Source: a virus. Taken from it: a DNA stretch of 64,000 nucleotides. The notes beneath the pieces are model-generated. The model made no database searches and had not been told where the DNA came from. It saw nothing but the letters and a program-made list of their open reading frames with translations. The stretch covers positions 1 through 64,000 of the IMG/VR virus record IMGVR_UViG_3300032251_000001. One strand, written 5' to 3'. Position numbers and translations under genes: made by a program. Below are positions 36,733-44,098 of the stretch, one piece after another; position 1 is the first letter of the stretch; the number at the start of each line of letters is the position of its first letter.

Positions 36733-38076
36733 TTAACTTGTAACAGGTAACTTACTAAATGCACACATTCCATTCATATTAAATAACTTAACTTCATTGT
36801 TATTAGTGTTAGATTCAAGTGAATATGAATATATTATATTAGTAAGATGATAACTGCCAGTGAATAACTTGTAATCTTTATTAGTGTATTCAATGTAATA
36901 ATTTTTATTAGGAGTTATAACATCTAAATCTAATCCACTTACAGGTAATACTAATTCATGAATATTTCTAGCAGTGTCAGTAATGAATTCCTCTTCATTA
37001 TATGGATTTGAATAATTATTATAGTATAATCTTTGCTTCTTATTACCTACATTACTATTAATCCCACCTTTAGATTCACTTGTAAGACCAGCTTTCCAAC
37101 TACCATCACCAGAACGGTTCTCAGGTGTTCCACAGTTGTTAGAAAGAAATTTAATAGACTCTCCCTTTATCTCTCTACTACTTACATCTTTAACTTCATT
37201 ATTACCCACAGTTGGTAATTCTATAACATATCGGTTATTAGGTTTATCATTAGCACTACCATTTTTATTCATACTTTTATCACGTTTATCATTTAAATAA
37301 ACATAAACATTTCTATGTTCCCCAGAAACACCAACTACTTCTTTGTTATAAACATCCTTTGATAGTAGATAATATTTATTAAAGTCAAAGTATATTCTAA
37401 TACCAGAACTATAAATACCATATACTTTTTGTAAGTATTCAATAGTATTAGTTAGGTTGAGACTTGGTAGTATAACTTGTTTGTAAACTTTAACATTGTC
37501 GGGTTTGTTAAATAAAAGTTTTTTACTAGATGCTACTCTACCGTAACAATAATAAATTACATCTTCCATAGTAACATTATTTAATATAGCACCAATTAAA
37601 CTCTTATTAACTTCAAGTAATTCTTGAGGCATCATATCTAATGTTATTTTATAATCATTATCTACAGCAGTTTCTTTATTTCTAACTTGGTCTACTACAT
37701 TCATATCCATATCTATAGGTAATAATATTTTATTATTAACAAACCTTTCAGACATGCTAACTGATGGTTTATCTTCTTCAGTTGCCTTACATCTTTTAAT
37801 ATTTATCTTAAACTTAATCTCTTCAAAATTTCTTTGAATGTTTAACATATCTGGTCTATTCATTATTAATTCAGCTTGAATCACTGGATATACATATTCT
37901 TCATATAAAGAATGAATAGTTAATCTAACTATTGCGTCTTTCAATTCTAAATAACTATTATCTGAATTAAATATACATCCAAATGATATTTCATACTTAT
38001 ATTGATTTAAGTCAAAGTTAATTGTATTATCATTGGACTGTGGACTACCTATTAAATCGTTATTACTTCCAGCCAT
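36733..38076 (-). CDS. virion structural protein, possibly baseplate hub (gp27-like)
   Basis: GGAG RBS; 447 aa beta-rich protein; assignment is inference. Confidence 0.45.
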   Translation of the reverse strand: MAGSNNDLIGSPQSNDNTINFDLNQYKYEISFGCIFNSDNSYLELKDAIVRLTIHSLYEEYVYPVIQAELIMNRPDMLNIQRNFEEIKFKINIKRCKATEEDKPSVSMSERFVNNKILLPIDMDMNVVDQVRNKETAVDNDYKITLDMMPQELLEVNKSLIGAILNNVTMEDVIYYCYGRVASSKKLLFNKPDNVKVYKQVILPSLNLTNTIEYLQKVYGIYSSGIRIYFDFNKYYLLSKDVYNKEVVGVSGEHRNVYVYLNDKRDKSMNKNGSANDKPNNRYVIELPTVGNNEVKDVSSREIKGESIKFLSNNCGTPENRSGDGSWKAGLTSESKGGINSNVGNKKQRLYYNNYSNPYNEEEFITDTARNIHELVLPVSGLDLDVITPNKNYYIEYTNKDYKLFTGSYHLTNIIYSYSLESNTNNNEVKLFNMNGMCAFSKLPVTS

Positions 38077-38116
38077 TTAATCATCTCCTTATCAAAAAAA
38101 AGAGGAAGAATCCTCT

Positions 38117-38374
38117 TTAAGCTAACTTCTTTAACAATTCTTCTACAAGGTTTTTAACCTTTATAATTTCAACTCTGTTAACATTACGTGGAGTACCATC
38201 AGGTTTGTCAAATACTTCTAATTGATGGTTTATTGCATTACTAATTTCATTTACATCTTTATCTATGAAATCAAGTATTCTAGTATGTTCTTTTTCATAT
38301 ACCATAGTTTCCGTATGGATATTTCTAATAGCTCTATAATCTTTTTCTATTCTACTATTACTCATATTCTTCAC
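38117..38374 (-). CDS. hypothetical protein
   Basis: GGAGGGTG RBS; followed by AGAGGA-AGAA-TCCTCT hairpin and T-run. Confidence 0.7.
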   Translation of the reverse strand: MKNMSNSRIEKDYRAIRNIHTETMVYEKEHTRILDFIDKDVNEISNAINHQLEVFDKPDGTPRNVNRVEIIKVKNLVEELLKKLA

Positions 38375-39503
38375 CCTCCATTAATTCTTCCAAATGTATT
38401 GGATATCTTGTATAATACTGGTCATTGATTTCTCTTAAAGACTTAGCATCAATAAGGTCTACAATAGTATTGTCTAATTTCAATTTATCTGCAATTGAAA
38501 GGTGTGAATATATAGTTGGTAAATCTAATAAATTATAATTCTTTCTTAAAATAACTTTATCCTCATCAGATATTAATTCTCCAATATCATCTATAAAACT
38601 CTCTATATCATAATTGATATTTGATAAAGTTCCATCATTGATATGTTTTTGAATGAAGGTAGCTGCTCTTACAATACCCATTCCTTTAATACCATCCATG
38701 TCGTATTTCTTAATACCAGACATAGCTAATATAATTGTAATGAATGAAGGTAACAATCTTATCTCATCAATCTTCTTTGATTTAGAAAATTTCTTTAGTA
38801 AGTTATCGTTATCAGCTACAGTACTCTTATCACTTTTTGCAGACATAACGAACGTATCTTCAAAAGCTAAAGTATTTAGTAATTGTACATCATCATTAGT
38901 ATAAATAATAGAAAACTCATCTGGGTCTTGTTTCATTATAAAATGATATGGTACAATGTTAGGGTCAATCTTTCCAGTATTAAAGAAATGAGCATGTGGA
39001 ATGTACTTAGTTATCATTTCAGCAACTTCAAGATTCTTTCTAAGAACTCTATTAAGAGTCTTAAATTCAACAGTATCATCTACACGCTTAGTATAGAATG
39101 AGTGTTTATAATCTGGATGAAGGTCTACATGGTACTCACTTTTATCATGTGAATAATAGAAAAAGAAGTTAGTATACATTCCTTTCCTTGAATAAAAATA
39201 ATGTCTATAGTGTGCTATAAGATTAATTAGTTCACTTGATATCATAAACTTCTCATGAGCATTTATTGATGAAAACTGTTCCATAACTGTTGGTGTATAA
39301 AGGTTATTTAACATTGAATATACGTCAATAAATATATTAACAATTTCTTTATTCGGTGGTATAACGTGATTTAATAATTTATTCAGAGTTTCATACTTTA
39401 TTTTTTTACTTATCATTATCTTCTCTATATCACTTCCACCTCTATGAATGTCATCACGTTGTACATTCTTTTGTGGTGTCCTTGATAGTTTACGTATTCC
39501 CAT
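38358..39503 (-). CDS. 5'-3' exonuclease/FEN-like (PIN plus H3TH) nuclease, divergent
   Basis: IFIDVYSML first Asp motif, YTNDD, LAMSGIKKYDMDGIKGMGIVRA H3TH-like motif. Confidence 0.6.
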   Translation of the reverse strand: MGIRKLSRTPQKNVQRDDIHRGGSDIEKIMISKKIKYETLNKLLNHVIPPNKEIVNIFIDVYSMLNNLYTPTVMEQFSSINAHEKFMISSELINLIAHYRHYFYSRKGMYTNFFFYYSHDKSEYHVDLHPDYKHSFYTKRVDDTVEFKTLNRVLRKNLEVAEMITKYIPHAHFFNTGKIDPNIVPYHFIMKQDPDEFSIIYTNDDVQLLNTLAFEDTFVMSAKSDKSTVADNDNLLKKFSKSKKIDEIRLLPSFITIILAMSGIKKYDMDGIKGMGIVRAATFIQKHINDGTLSNINYDIESFIDDIGELISDEDKVILRKNYNLLDLPTIYSHLSIADKLKLDNTIVDLIDAKSLREINDQYYTRYPIHLEELMEGEEYE

Positions 39504-39511
39504 AATTCCTC

Positions 39512-39865
39512 CTAATATCTTATTACTTTATATGGTAATTTAAATCTATTTGCTACTTTAATCATATGTTTACTGCCATCACTTTTACCATCCCAGAATA
39601 TTATAACACCATCAGCAATTTTACCCATTTCTATATTTCTAGAATAACCAGCTCCATCACCAAATCTATTCCAATCTGCTGGAAATCTTTGCACTTCTAA
39701 ACCATACTCATCTGCAAAGTCTTCACCTAGAGAATCAGCACCTTCAGCACATCCAGATATTATAATTAAATCGCTACCAAATGCTTCATAAAATGGTATA
39801 ATCTTATTTTTTAGAAGGATATAATCATTAAATTCTCTTCCACCTGCAATAACTAGTTTAAACAT
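39512..39865 (-). CDS. SLOG-family (YspA/DUF2493-like) protein
   Basis: KLVIAGGREF, ISGCAEGADSLG, FPADW...GAGYSRNIEM; start moved to ATG 39865, which overlaps the upstream stop (TAATG). Confidence 0.85.
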   Translation of the reverse strand: MFKLVIAGGREFNDYILLKNKIIPFYEAFGSDLIIISGCAEGADSLGEDFADEYGLEVQRFPADWNRFGDGAGYSRNIEMGKIADGVIIFWDGKSDGSKHMIKVANRFKLPYKVIRY

Positions 39866-40020
39866 TAATCCATGAACTGGAAATAGAAAGCACATAAATC
39901 ATTCTTATGACATCTATGACAAAACTTAGGGTCAGTCTTTGGTTGGAAACCATCACATTTATCAAACATTTCTTTTAACTCTTCATCTGTTAATTTTACA
40001 TTTACATTATTTAAACTCAT
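39865..40020 (-). CDS. 51-aa Cys-rich protein (not in ORF track)
   Basis: GGAGAAGGA RBS; MSLNNVNVKLTDEELKEMFDKCDGFQPKTDPKFCHRCHKNDLCAFYFQFMD; stop overlaps the SLOG start. Confidence 0.75.
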   Translation of the reverse strand: MSLNNVNVKLTDEELKEMFDKCDGFQPKTDPKFCHRCHKNDLCAFYFQFMD

Positions 40021-40321
40021 AATCCTTCTCCTTTACACTATCATAATATGAATTATGGATATTTATAAAATCATCTTTAAGTAACCCATAAAAAGCTCCT
40101 CGTTGTTTATTTGTTAAGTAAATATTGTGACGACAGTCTAAATCAAATATGATTCTTTTACATACATTTTCATATCTATCATTATGTAATTTCTTATTTA
40201 TAGCAAACTTAGCTATTTTTAATATCTCTTCAGCTGAATATTTATATATAAACCTTGATGTAACAATTTTTAATTTACTAATTGGCATACTATATAAATC
40301 AACACACCTTAAATCTAACAT
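40007..40321 (-). CDS. hypothetical protein overlapping the end of hicA
   Basis: GGAGG RBS inside hicA; 104 aa. Confidence 0.7.
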   Translation of the reverse strand: MLDLRCVDLYSMPISKLKIVTSRFIYKYSAEEILKIAKFAINKKLHNDRYENVCKRIIFDLDCRHNIYLTNKQRGAFYGLLKDDFINIHNSYYDSVKEKDYEFK

Positions 40322-40530
40322 CTTTCCTCCAGTCCATGTTCTTTAAACATCCTTCGAATTAATGGTCTTGATACTTCACCAGCTCTATTAGGTAATATAA
40401 ATGCTTTTTTAATATTATCTTTCTTATATTTAACATGTGTACCTGTTTGACTAACTTTTTCATATCCATTTTGAGTTAGTATTTTAACAACTTCTCGGTA
40501 TTTATAACCTTTCATCCTATCACTTGCCAT
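40315..40530 (-). CDS. hicA: HicA-family mRNA interferase
   Basis: REVVKILTQNGYEKVSQTGTHVKYKK...ILP...GEVSRPLIRRMFKEHGL, with catalytic G(S/T)H His retained; GGAGG RBS. Confidence 0.85.
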   Translation of the reverse strand: MASDRMKGYKYREVVKILTQNGYEKVSQTGTHVKYKKDNIKKAFILPNRAGEVSRPLIRRMFKEHGLEERC

Positions 40531-40548
40531 TATTCCTCCTAATAGTTT

Positions 40549-40812
40549 TTAACATAGTACCTCCAAATCCATTTGATTTAATTCTTGACATACATAGAAG
40601 TTCTTTGCAGGTCTAACTGCAAAAGTTGTAAATGTATATCTAGCACTATTAGGTAAAATTATTCCTAATATATTACACCTACATGCATGACATCCAATCC
40701 CACTTACACTAGTTACTTTAAATAGTCTACCAATATCGTCAAGTACTATCATACCTTCTTTAATTTCTAATTCGTTTGGTAAATATTCCATTTTATAATA
40801 TTCTCCTTTCAA
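40549..40812 (-). CDS. hypothetical protein (start probably ATG 40791)
   Basis: first gene after the early-type promoter; CHACRC motif. Confidence 0.65.
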   Translation of the reverse strand: MKGEYYKMEYLPNELEIKEGMIVLDDIGRLFKVTSVSGIGCHACRCNILGIILPNSARYTFTTFAVRPAKNFYVCQELNQMDLEVLC

Positions 40813-40824
40813 AAGTATAATATA
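40809..40824 (-). promoter_or_regulatory. early-type promoter TATATTAT-N5-TGA
   Basis: minus strand TATATTAT ACTTT TGA. Confidence 0.7.
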
Positions 40825-40833
40825 TGTTTAAAA

Positions 40834-40860
40834 GAAGAATAGACACAAGGTCTATTCTTC
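40834..40860 (-). terminator. hairpin terminator
   Basis: GAAGAATAGAC-ACAAG-GTCTATTCTTC at the end of the PC4-like gene. Confidence 0.75.
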
Positions 40861-41106
40861 CATTGACGCTTCTAGAGCGTTTATAATACTTTCTAAACCT
40901 ATATCATGTAGGTCTTTTAATTTAGCTAGATTAAGAGTAGTTCCTTTACCCATTCTATCTTCATCTCTATTCCAATCACGAATATCAATAACAGGTGTCT
41001 TACTATTTCCCCAAGTCATAATATTAACTTCTTTTTGCCATCCTTTATTACTCTCACCAAGAGTTCCTAGTTGGTCTATAATTGTATATTTTACTTCTTT
41101 AGCCAT
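40852..41106 (-). CDS. YdbC/PC4-family ssDNA-binding protein
   Basis: GWQKEVNIMTWG...IDIRDW...RMGKGTTL. Confidence 0.88.
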   Translation of the reverse strand: MAKEVKYTIIDQLGTLGESNKGWQKEVNIMTWGNSKTPVIDIRDWNRDEDRMGKGTTLNLAKLKDLHDIGLESIINALEASMEE

Positions 41107-41140
41107 AATTATCTTCCTTTCAATTTTCAGTAATTTGTAT

Positions 41141-41152
41141 TATTTTATTGTT
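41141..41152 (-). promoter_or_regulatory. late-type promoter AACA-N6-TA
   Basis: minus strand AACA ATAAAA TA. Confidence 0.5.
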
Positions 41153-41175
41153 GCATCAATAATTAAAAGTTAAAA

Positions 41176-41210
41176 AATAAAAAAGGTATACTAAATTAAT
41201 AGTATACCTT
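41176..41210 (-). terminator. terminator downstream of tRNA-Asn
   Basis: AAGGTATACTA-loop-TAGTATACCTT followed by a T-run on the minus strand. Confidence 0.8.
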
Positions 41211-41221
41211 ATAAAGATTAA

Positions 41222-41298
41222 TGGCTCTCCCAACAGGATTTGAACCTATGACACATCGGTTAACAGCCGATTGCTCTACCGAACTGAGCTATGGGAGA
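41222..41298 (-). tRNA. trnN: tRNA-Asn(GTT) with encoded CCA
   Basis: TCTCCCA TA GCTC AGTTCGGTA GAGC A ATCGG CTGTTAA CCGAT GTGTC ATAGG TTCAAAT CCTGT TGGGAGA G CCA; all stems pair, discriminator G. Confidence 0.97.
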
Positions 41299-41305
41299 AT
41301 ATATA

Positions 41306-41621
41306 ATGAATGTCCTTAGATACAATAGTTTCTAAGATATTGATAGGTGTACCTTTCACTCAATTAAAAGTAGAGTTACTTAGCTATCTCTTAGTACTTA
41401 ACTATACACTTAACGTTAAGAACTTTAATAGAACACTCTAGACGAGGTTACTTACTAAAGTAACTATAATATCTAAGGACATTCATAAAATAAATATACT
41501 TGGACTCTCATGTCCATAAAAACTCTCATGTTAAGTATATTATATGAAAGGATGTGATGAGGAAGCTCTTATAACTCTACATTAAATGTAAGTCCCTAAC
41601 TATCCAACATCACATCCCAAC
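41306..41621 (-). ncRNA. candidate multi-domain structured ncRNA upstream of tRNA-Asn
   Basis: three consecutive domains closed by perfect 10-, 9- and 17-bp inverted repeats; no ORF or RBS; late-type promoter 41621-41632. Confidence 0.6.
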
Positions 41622-41632
41622 AATTACTTGTT
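41621..41632 (-). promoter_or_regulatory. late-type promoter AACA-N6-TG
   Basis: minus strand AACA AGTAAT TG, with the predicted +1 a few nt before the first stem. Confidence 0.55.
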
Positions 41633-41658
41633 ATAAATATATTTTTAAAACAAAAAAA

Positions 41659-42231
41659 TTACTTCTTCACTCTGTCTGGATGATAATTCTTTACTTTACC
41701 ACGATATATAAATTGGAAATTTTTATTCGTTGCAAAGTCATAAGGACTAACCTTCCAAGCAGGTTTTTTGAATATCTTTATACCATTGGATTCAAATAAC
41801 CAAGTTACAAATTGAGAACAAAAGAACTCTTTATTACTTTTAGTTATTTGCTTACCTGTAAGATAACTAATTAATCCTTTAAAACTATATTTGTACTCAT
41901 CTCTATGAGAATACATAGCTTCAGCTTTTTGTTTCATACTTTGGAAGTGAACAATAGGTACATTAATTCTATATAATGAGAACGTAGCATCTGGTGCATA
42001 ATTCTCATATAAGTTTTCAATATTAATTCCACCATTCATATTGAAACCATACATATTATTTAAATTTTTATCAAATGATATTGATGCATGATTGTATGGT
42101 GTATTAGTTACATTAGTTATAACCTTAGCAACTCTAGATTTTGTATTAGATACAAGAACATATATTGGTTGCATATCTCTTACATCTTCATAAAAAACGT
42201 CTACACCAGATTCTAATAATAATCCAGTCAT
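41659..42231 (-). CDS. permuted papain-like amidase (YaeF/YiiX, C92 family)
   Basis: PYNHASISF (His) precedes FFCSQFV (Cys), then SPYDF; N-term MTGLLLES. Confidence 0.85.
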   Translation of the reverse strand: MTGLLLESGVDVFYEDVRDMQPIYVLVSNTKSRVAKVITNVTNTPYNHASISFDKNLNNMYGFNMNGGINIENLYENYAPDATFSLYRINVPIVHFQSMKQKAEAMYSHRDEYKYSFKGLISYLTGKQITKSNKEFFCSQFVTWLFESNGIKIFKKPAWKVSPYDFATNKNFQFIYRGKVKNYHPDRVKK

Positions 42232-42243
42232 ATAATAATCCCC

Positions 42244-43221
42244 TTATCTACCCTTCAATTGCTTTTTAAACCAAGGGTCATTCTCCATTCTTTCTCTAGC
42301 TTCATCAAACCAAGGGTCATTCTCCATTTCTTTATGAGCTTTGTTAAACCAAGGATTAGCATCAAAATACATAGAGACAATAGATAATCTTTCATCACTA
42401 CATTTGTTTGAAATTTTCTTATAAGCAACTAACTGTTTGTTAGATATAACTATTCTACCTTGAATTAAAGACAATTTTTGTTGTAATCTTTTTGCAGTTT
42501 CAGTGTCATTTTCTTTTTCAGCTTTTGATATTTTAGAGTTATACATCTTTAAGTATTTCTCCCATTGACTTAATCTTTTTAAAACACGTTCAGTTCCAGT
42601 TTCAATAGCTTCATCAATTTTATCTAACTCTTTTGTAATTTCAAATACACTTGCATCTTCGTTTCCTTCTTTTTCAACTTGAAGTAAGTCTTCCATAGCC
42701 TTTTCTAAAGCTATACTTTGTTCTTCAATTATTTCTTTTTCATCAATAAAATCTTCAATAAAATCTTCACTTTCAGCATATAATCCTTTATCAACTTTAT
42801 CAACAGTTACATTACTAACAGCTTCTACTGATTTTGATAGTTCTGAAACTGAAGTCTGTTTAGTATCATTTTTATTCTTTTCAGCTACAGTGTTAGAAGT
42901 TTCTTTCAATGTCTTAGTTTCTTTAGAAGATTTTTTAAATAAGTTAAAGAATTTTTTAATAAGTCCTATAATCCAATTGATAAACCTTTTAATAAGTTCT
43001 TTAATTTTTCTAAAGAAATCTCCAACAATATTTTCATAAAGTAATGTATCTTCATTAACTATAGATTTATACTCACCAACTATTGTAGCTTCAGTTAACT
43101 CAAGAATATCTTGTTGAAATCTGTACATAAAGTTTAATTGTTCTGTCAATATTTCTGCAAGCAAAATGTCACTAGTTAGTTCAACACTACTTTCATTGTA
43201 ATAATTATTATCTAAAAACAT
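42244..43221 (-). CDS. internal head protein, distant paralog of the 34731/35779 pair
   Basis: IVNEDTLLYENIVGDFFRKIKELIKRFINWIIGLIKKFF; C-terminal 13-aa repeats. Confidence 0.7.
   Translation of the reverse strand: MFLDNNYYNESSVELTSDILLAEILTEQLNFMYRFQQDILELTEATIVGEYKSIVNEDTLLYENIVGDFFRKIKELIKRFINWIIGLIKKFFNLFKKSSKETKTLKETSNTVAEKNKNDTKQTSVSELSKSVEAVSNVTVDKVDKGLYAESEDFIEDFIDEKEIIEEQSIALEKAMEDLLQVEKEGNEDASVFEITKELDKIDEAIETGTERVLKRLSQWEKYLKMYNSKISKAEKENDTETAKRLQQKLSLIQGRIVISNKQLVAYKKISNKCSDERLSIVSMYFDANPWFNKAHKEMENDPWFDEARERMENDPWFKKQLKGR
42268..42354. repeat. 39-bp period tandem repeat encoding (EM/RM)ENDPWF
   Basis: AAACCAAGGGTCATTCTCCATT at 42268 and 42307, partial copy at 42346. Confidence 0.85.
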
Positions 43222-43226
43222 TTTTA

Positions 43227-44015
43227 TTAATCCTCCTTATTCTTTCTTTCCATAAGATATTTAATAAATGTAGTATAGTTCTTATCAACAATCTTAATAT
43301 AATCTATTTTAGATTTCTTTAATATCTTATCTTTAATAACTTCTTTTTCTTTTTCTCTTTTTCGCCATTCATGTTTATTACTATTTTTATTACCTGTATC
43401 ATCAAAGTCAGAACCTTTAATTTCAATAATTAAATCTAGACTAGTAATGTATACATCTGGTATATAAAATCTAACTCGACCATCCTTATCTTTATAATCA
43501 AAGATTTGAGGTGCTGGCATCATGATGTCTTCAGGATTTTCCCAATTCATAAAGTGTTCCATGAAACCTAGGAAGTCTTCTTCATAACTGCCAGTATATG
43601 TAACTTCATGACCATTATCCCATTTGTATGTTCCAGAGATACTTCTATTAGCTAACATTTCTTTTTGTTTCTCAGGGTCATCTAATAAATGTTCTTTACC
43701 ATACTTATTTTTCATTCTTTTTTTAAATTGCTCTCTGTACTCAAGTCTTTCTTTTTCACTATGGAAACGTTCATAACGTTCAGTTTTTTCATTCCATTCA
43801 GTGGGTTTACCACTCATGACACATCTTCCACCAGTCTTCTTATTTCTATGATTGAAATATACTTGTGATGCAGACATATTACCCATAGCTTCTTTATGTT
43901 CTTCTTCCATATGTTGATATAAAGCTTGTTTAGCATCTTTAACTTGGTCTTTATTTTTAGCTATATATTTTTTATCACATAATGGACATTTAATAACTAT
44001 CTTATCACTAGCCAT
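43227..44015 (-). CDS. Zn-finger plus TnsA/T4 gp4-like PD-(D/E)XK nuclease (head completion-like)
   Basis: CPLC...LYQHMEEEH C2H2 finger; GSYEEDF, YIPDVY, IIEIKG. Confidence 0.75.
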   Translation of the reverse strand: MASDKIVIKCPLCDKKYIAKNKDQVKDAKQALYQHMEEEHKEAMGNMSASQVYFNHRNKKTGGRCVMSGKPTEWNEKTERYERFHSEKERLEYREQFKKRMKNKYGKEHLLDDPEKQKEMLANRSISGTYKWDNGHEVTYTGSYEEDFLGFMEHFMNWENPEDIMMPAPQIFDYKDKDGRVRFYIPDVYITSLDLIIEIKGSDFDDTGNKNSNKHEWRKREKEKEVIKDKILKKSKIDYIKIVDKNYTTFIKYLMERKNKED

Positions 44016-44044
44016 TGAAATACCTCCTTATTGTAGTAATATCT

Positions 44045-44056
44045 TAATAGTATGTT
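44045..44056 (-). promoter_or_regulatory. late-type promoter AACA-N6-TA
   Basis: minus strand AACA TACTAT TA. Confidence 0.65.
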
Positions 44057-44090
44057 AAAAAAAAATAAGCACCTGTAAAGATGCTTATTT
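44054..44090 (-). terminator. intrinsic terminator
   Basis: AAATAAGCA-loop-TGCTTATTT with a T-run on the minus strand. Confidence 0.7.
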
Positions 44091-44098
44091 AATATTAA

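Noticed and set aside
39866-39895. Track start of the SLOG ORF at 39895
   Set aside because: That stretch is the 3' end of the 51-aa Cys-rich gene in another frame; the TAATG overlap fixes the start at 39865
41550-41617. Resemblance to box C (GTGATGA), hammerhead (TGATGAG) or SRP (GGAAG) motifs on the plus strand
   Set aside because: Partner motifs (box D CTGA, hammerhead GAAA and stems, SRP internal loop) are missing, and the promoter/tRNA context favours the minus strand
43227-44015. Mobile homing endonuclease or transposase (TnsA)
   Set aside because: No flanking intron, terminal repeats or partner transposase; it heads a late head-protein operon, fitting a gp4-like role
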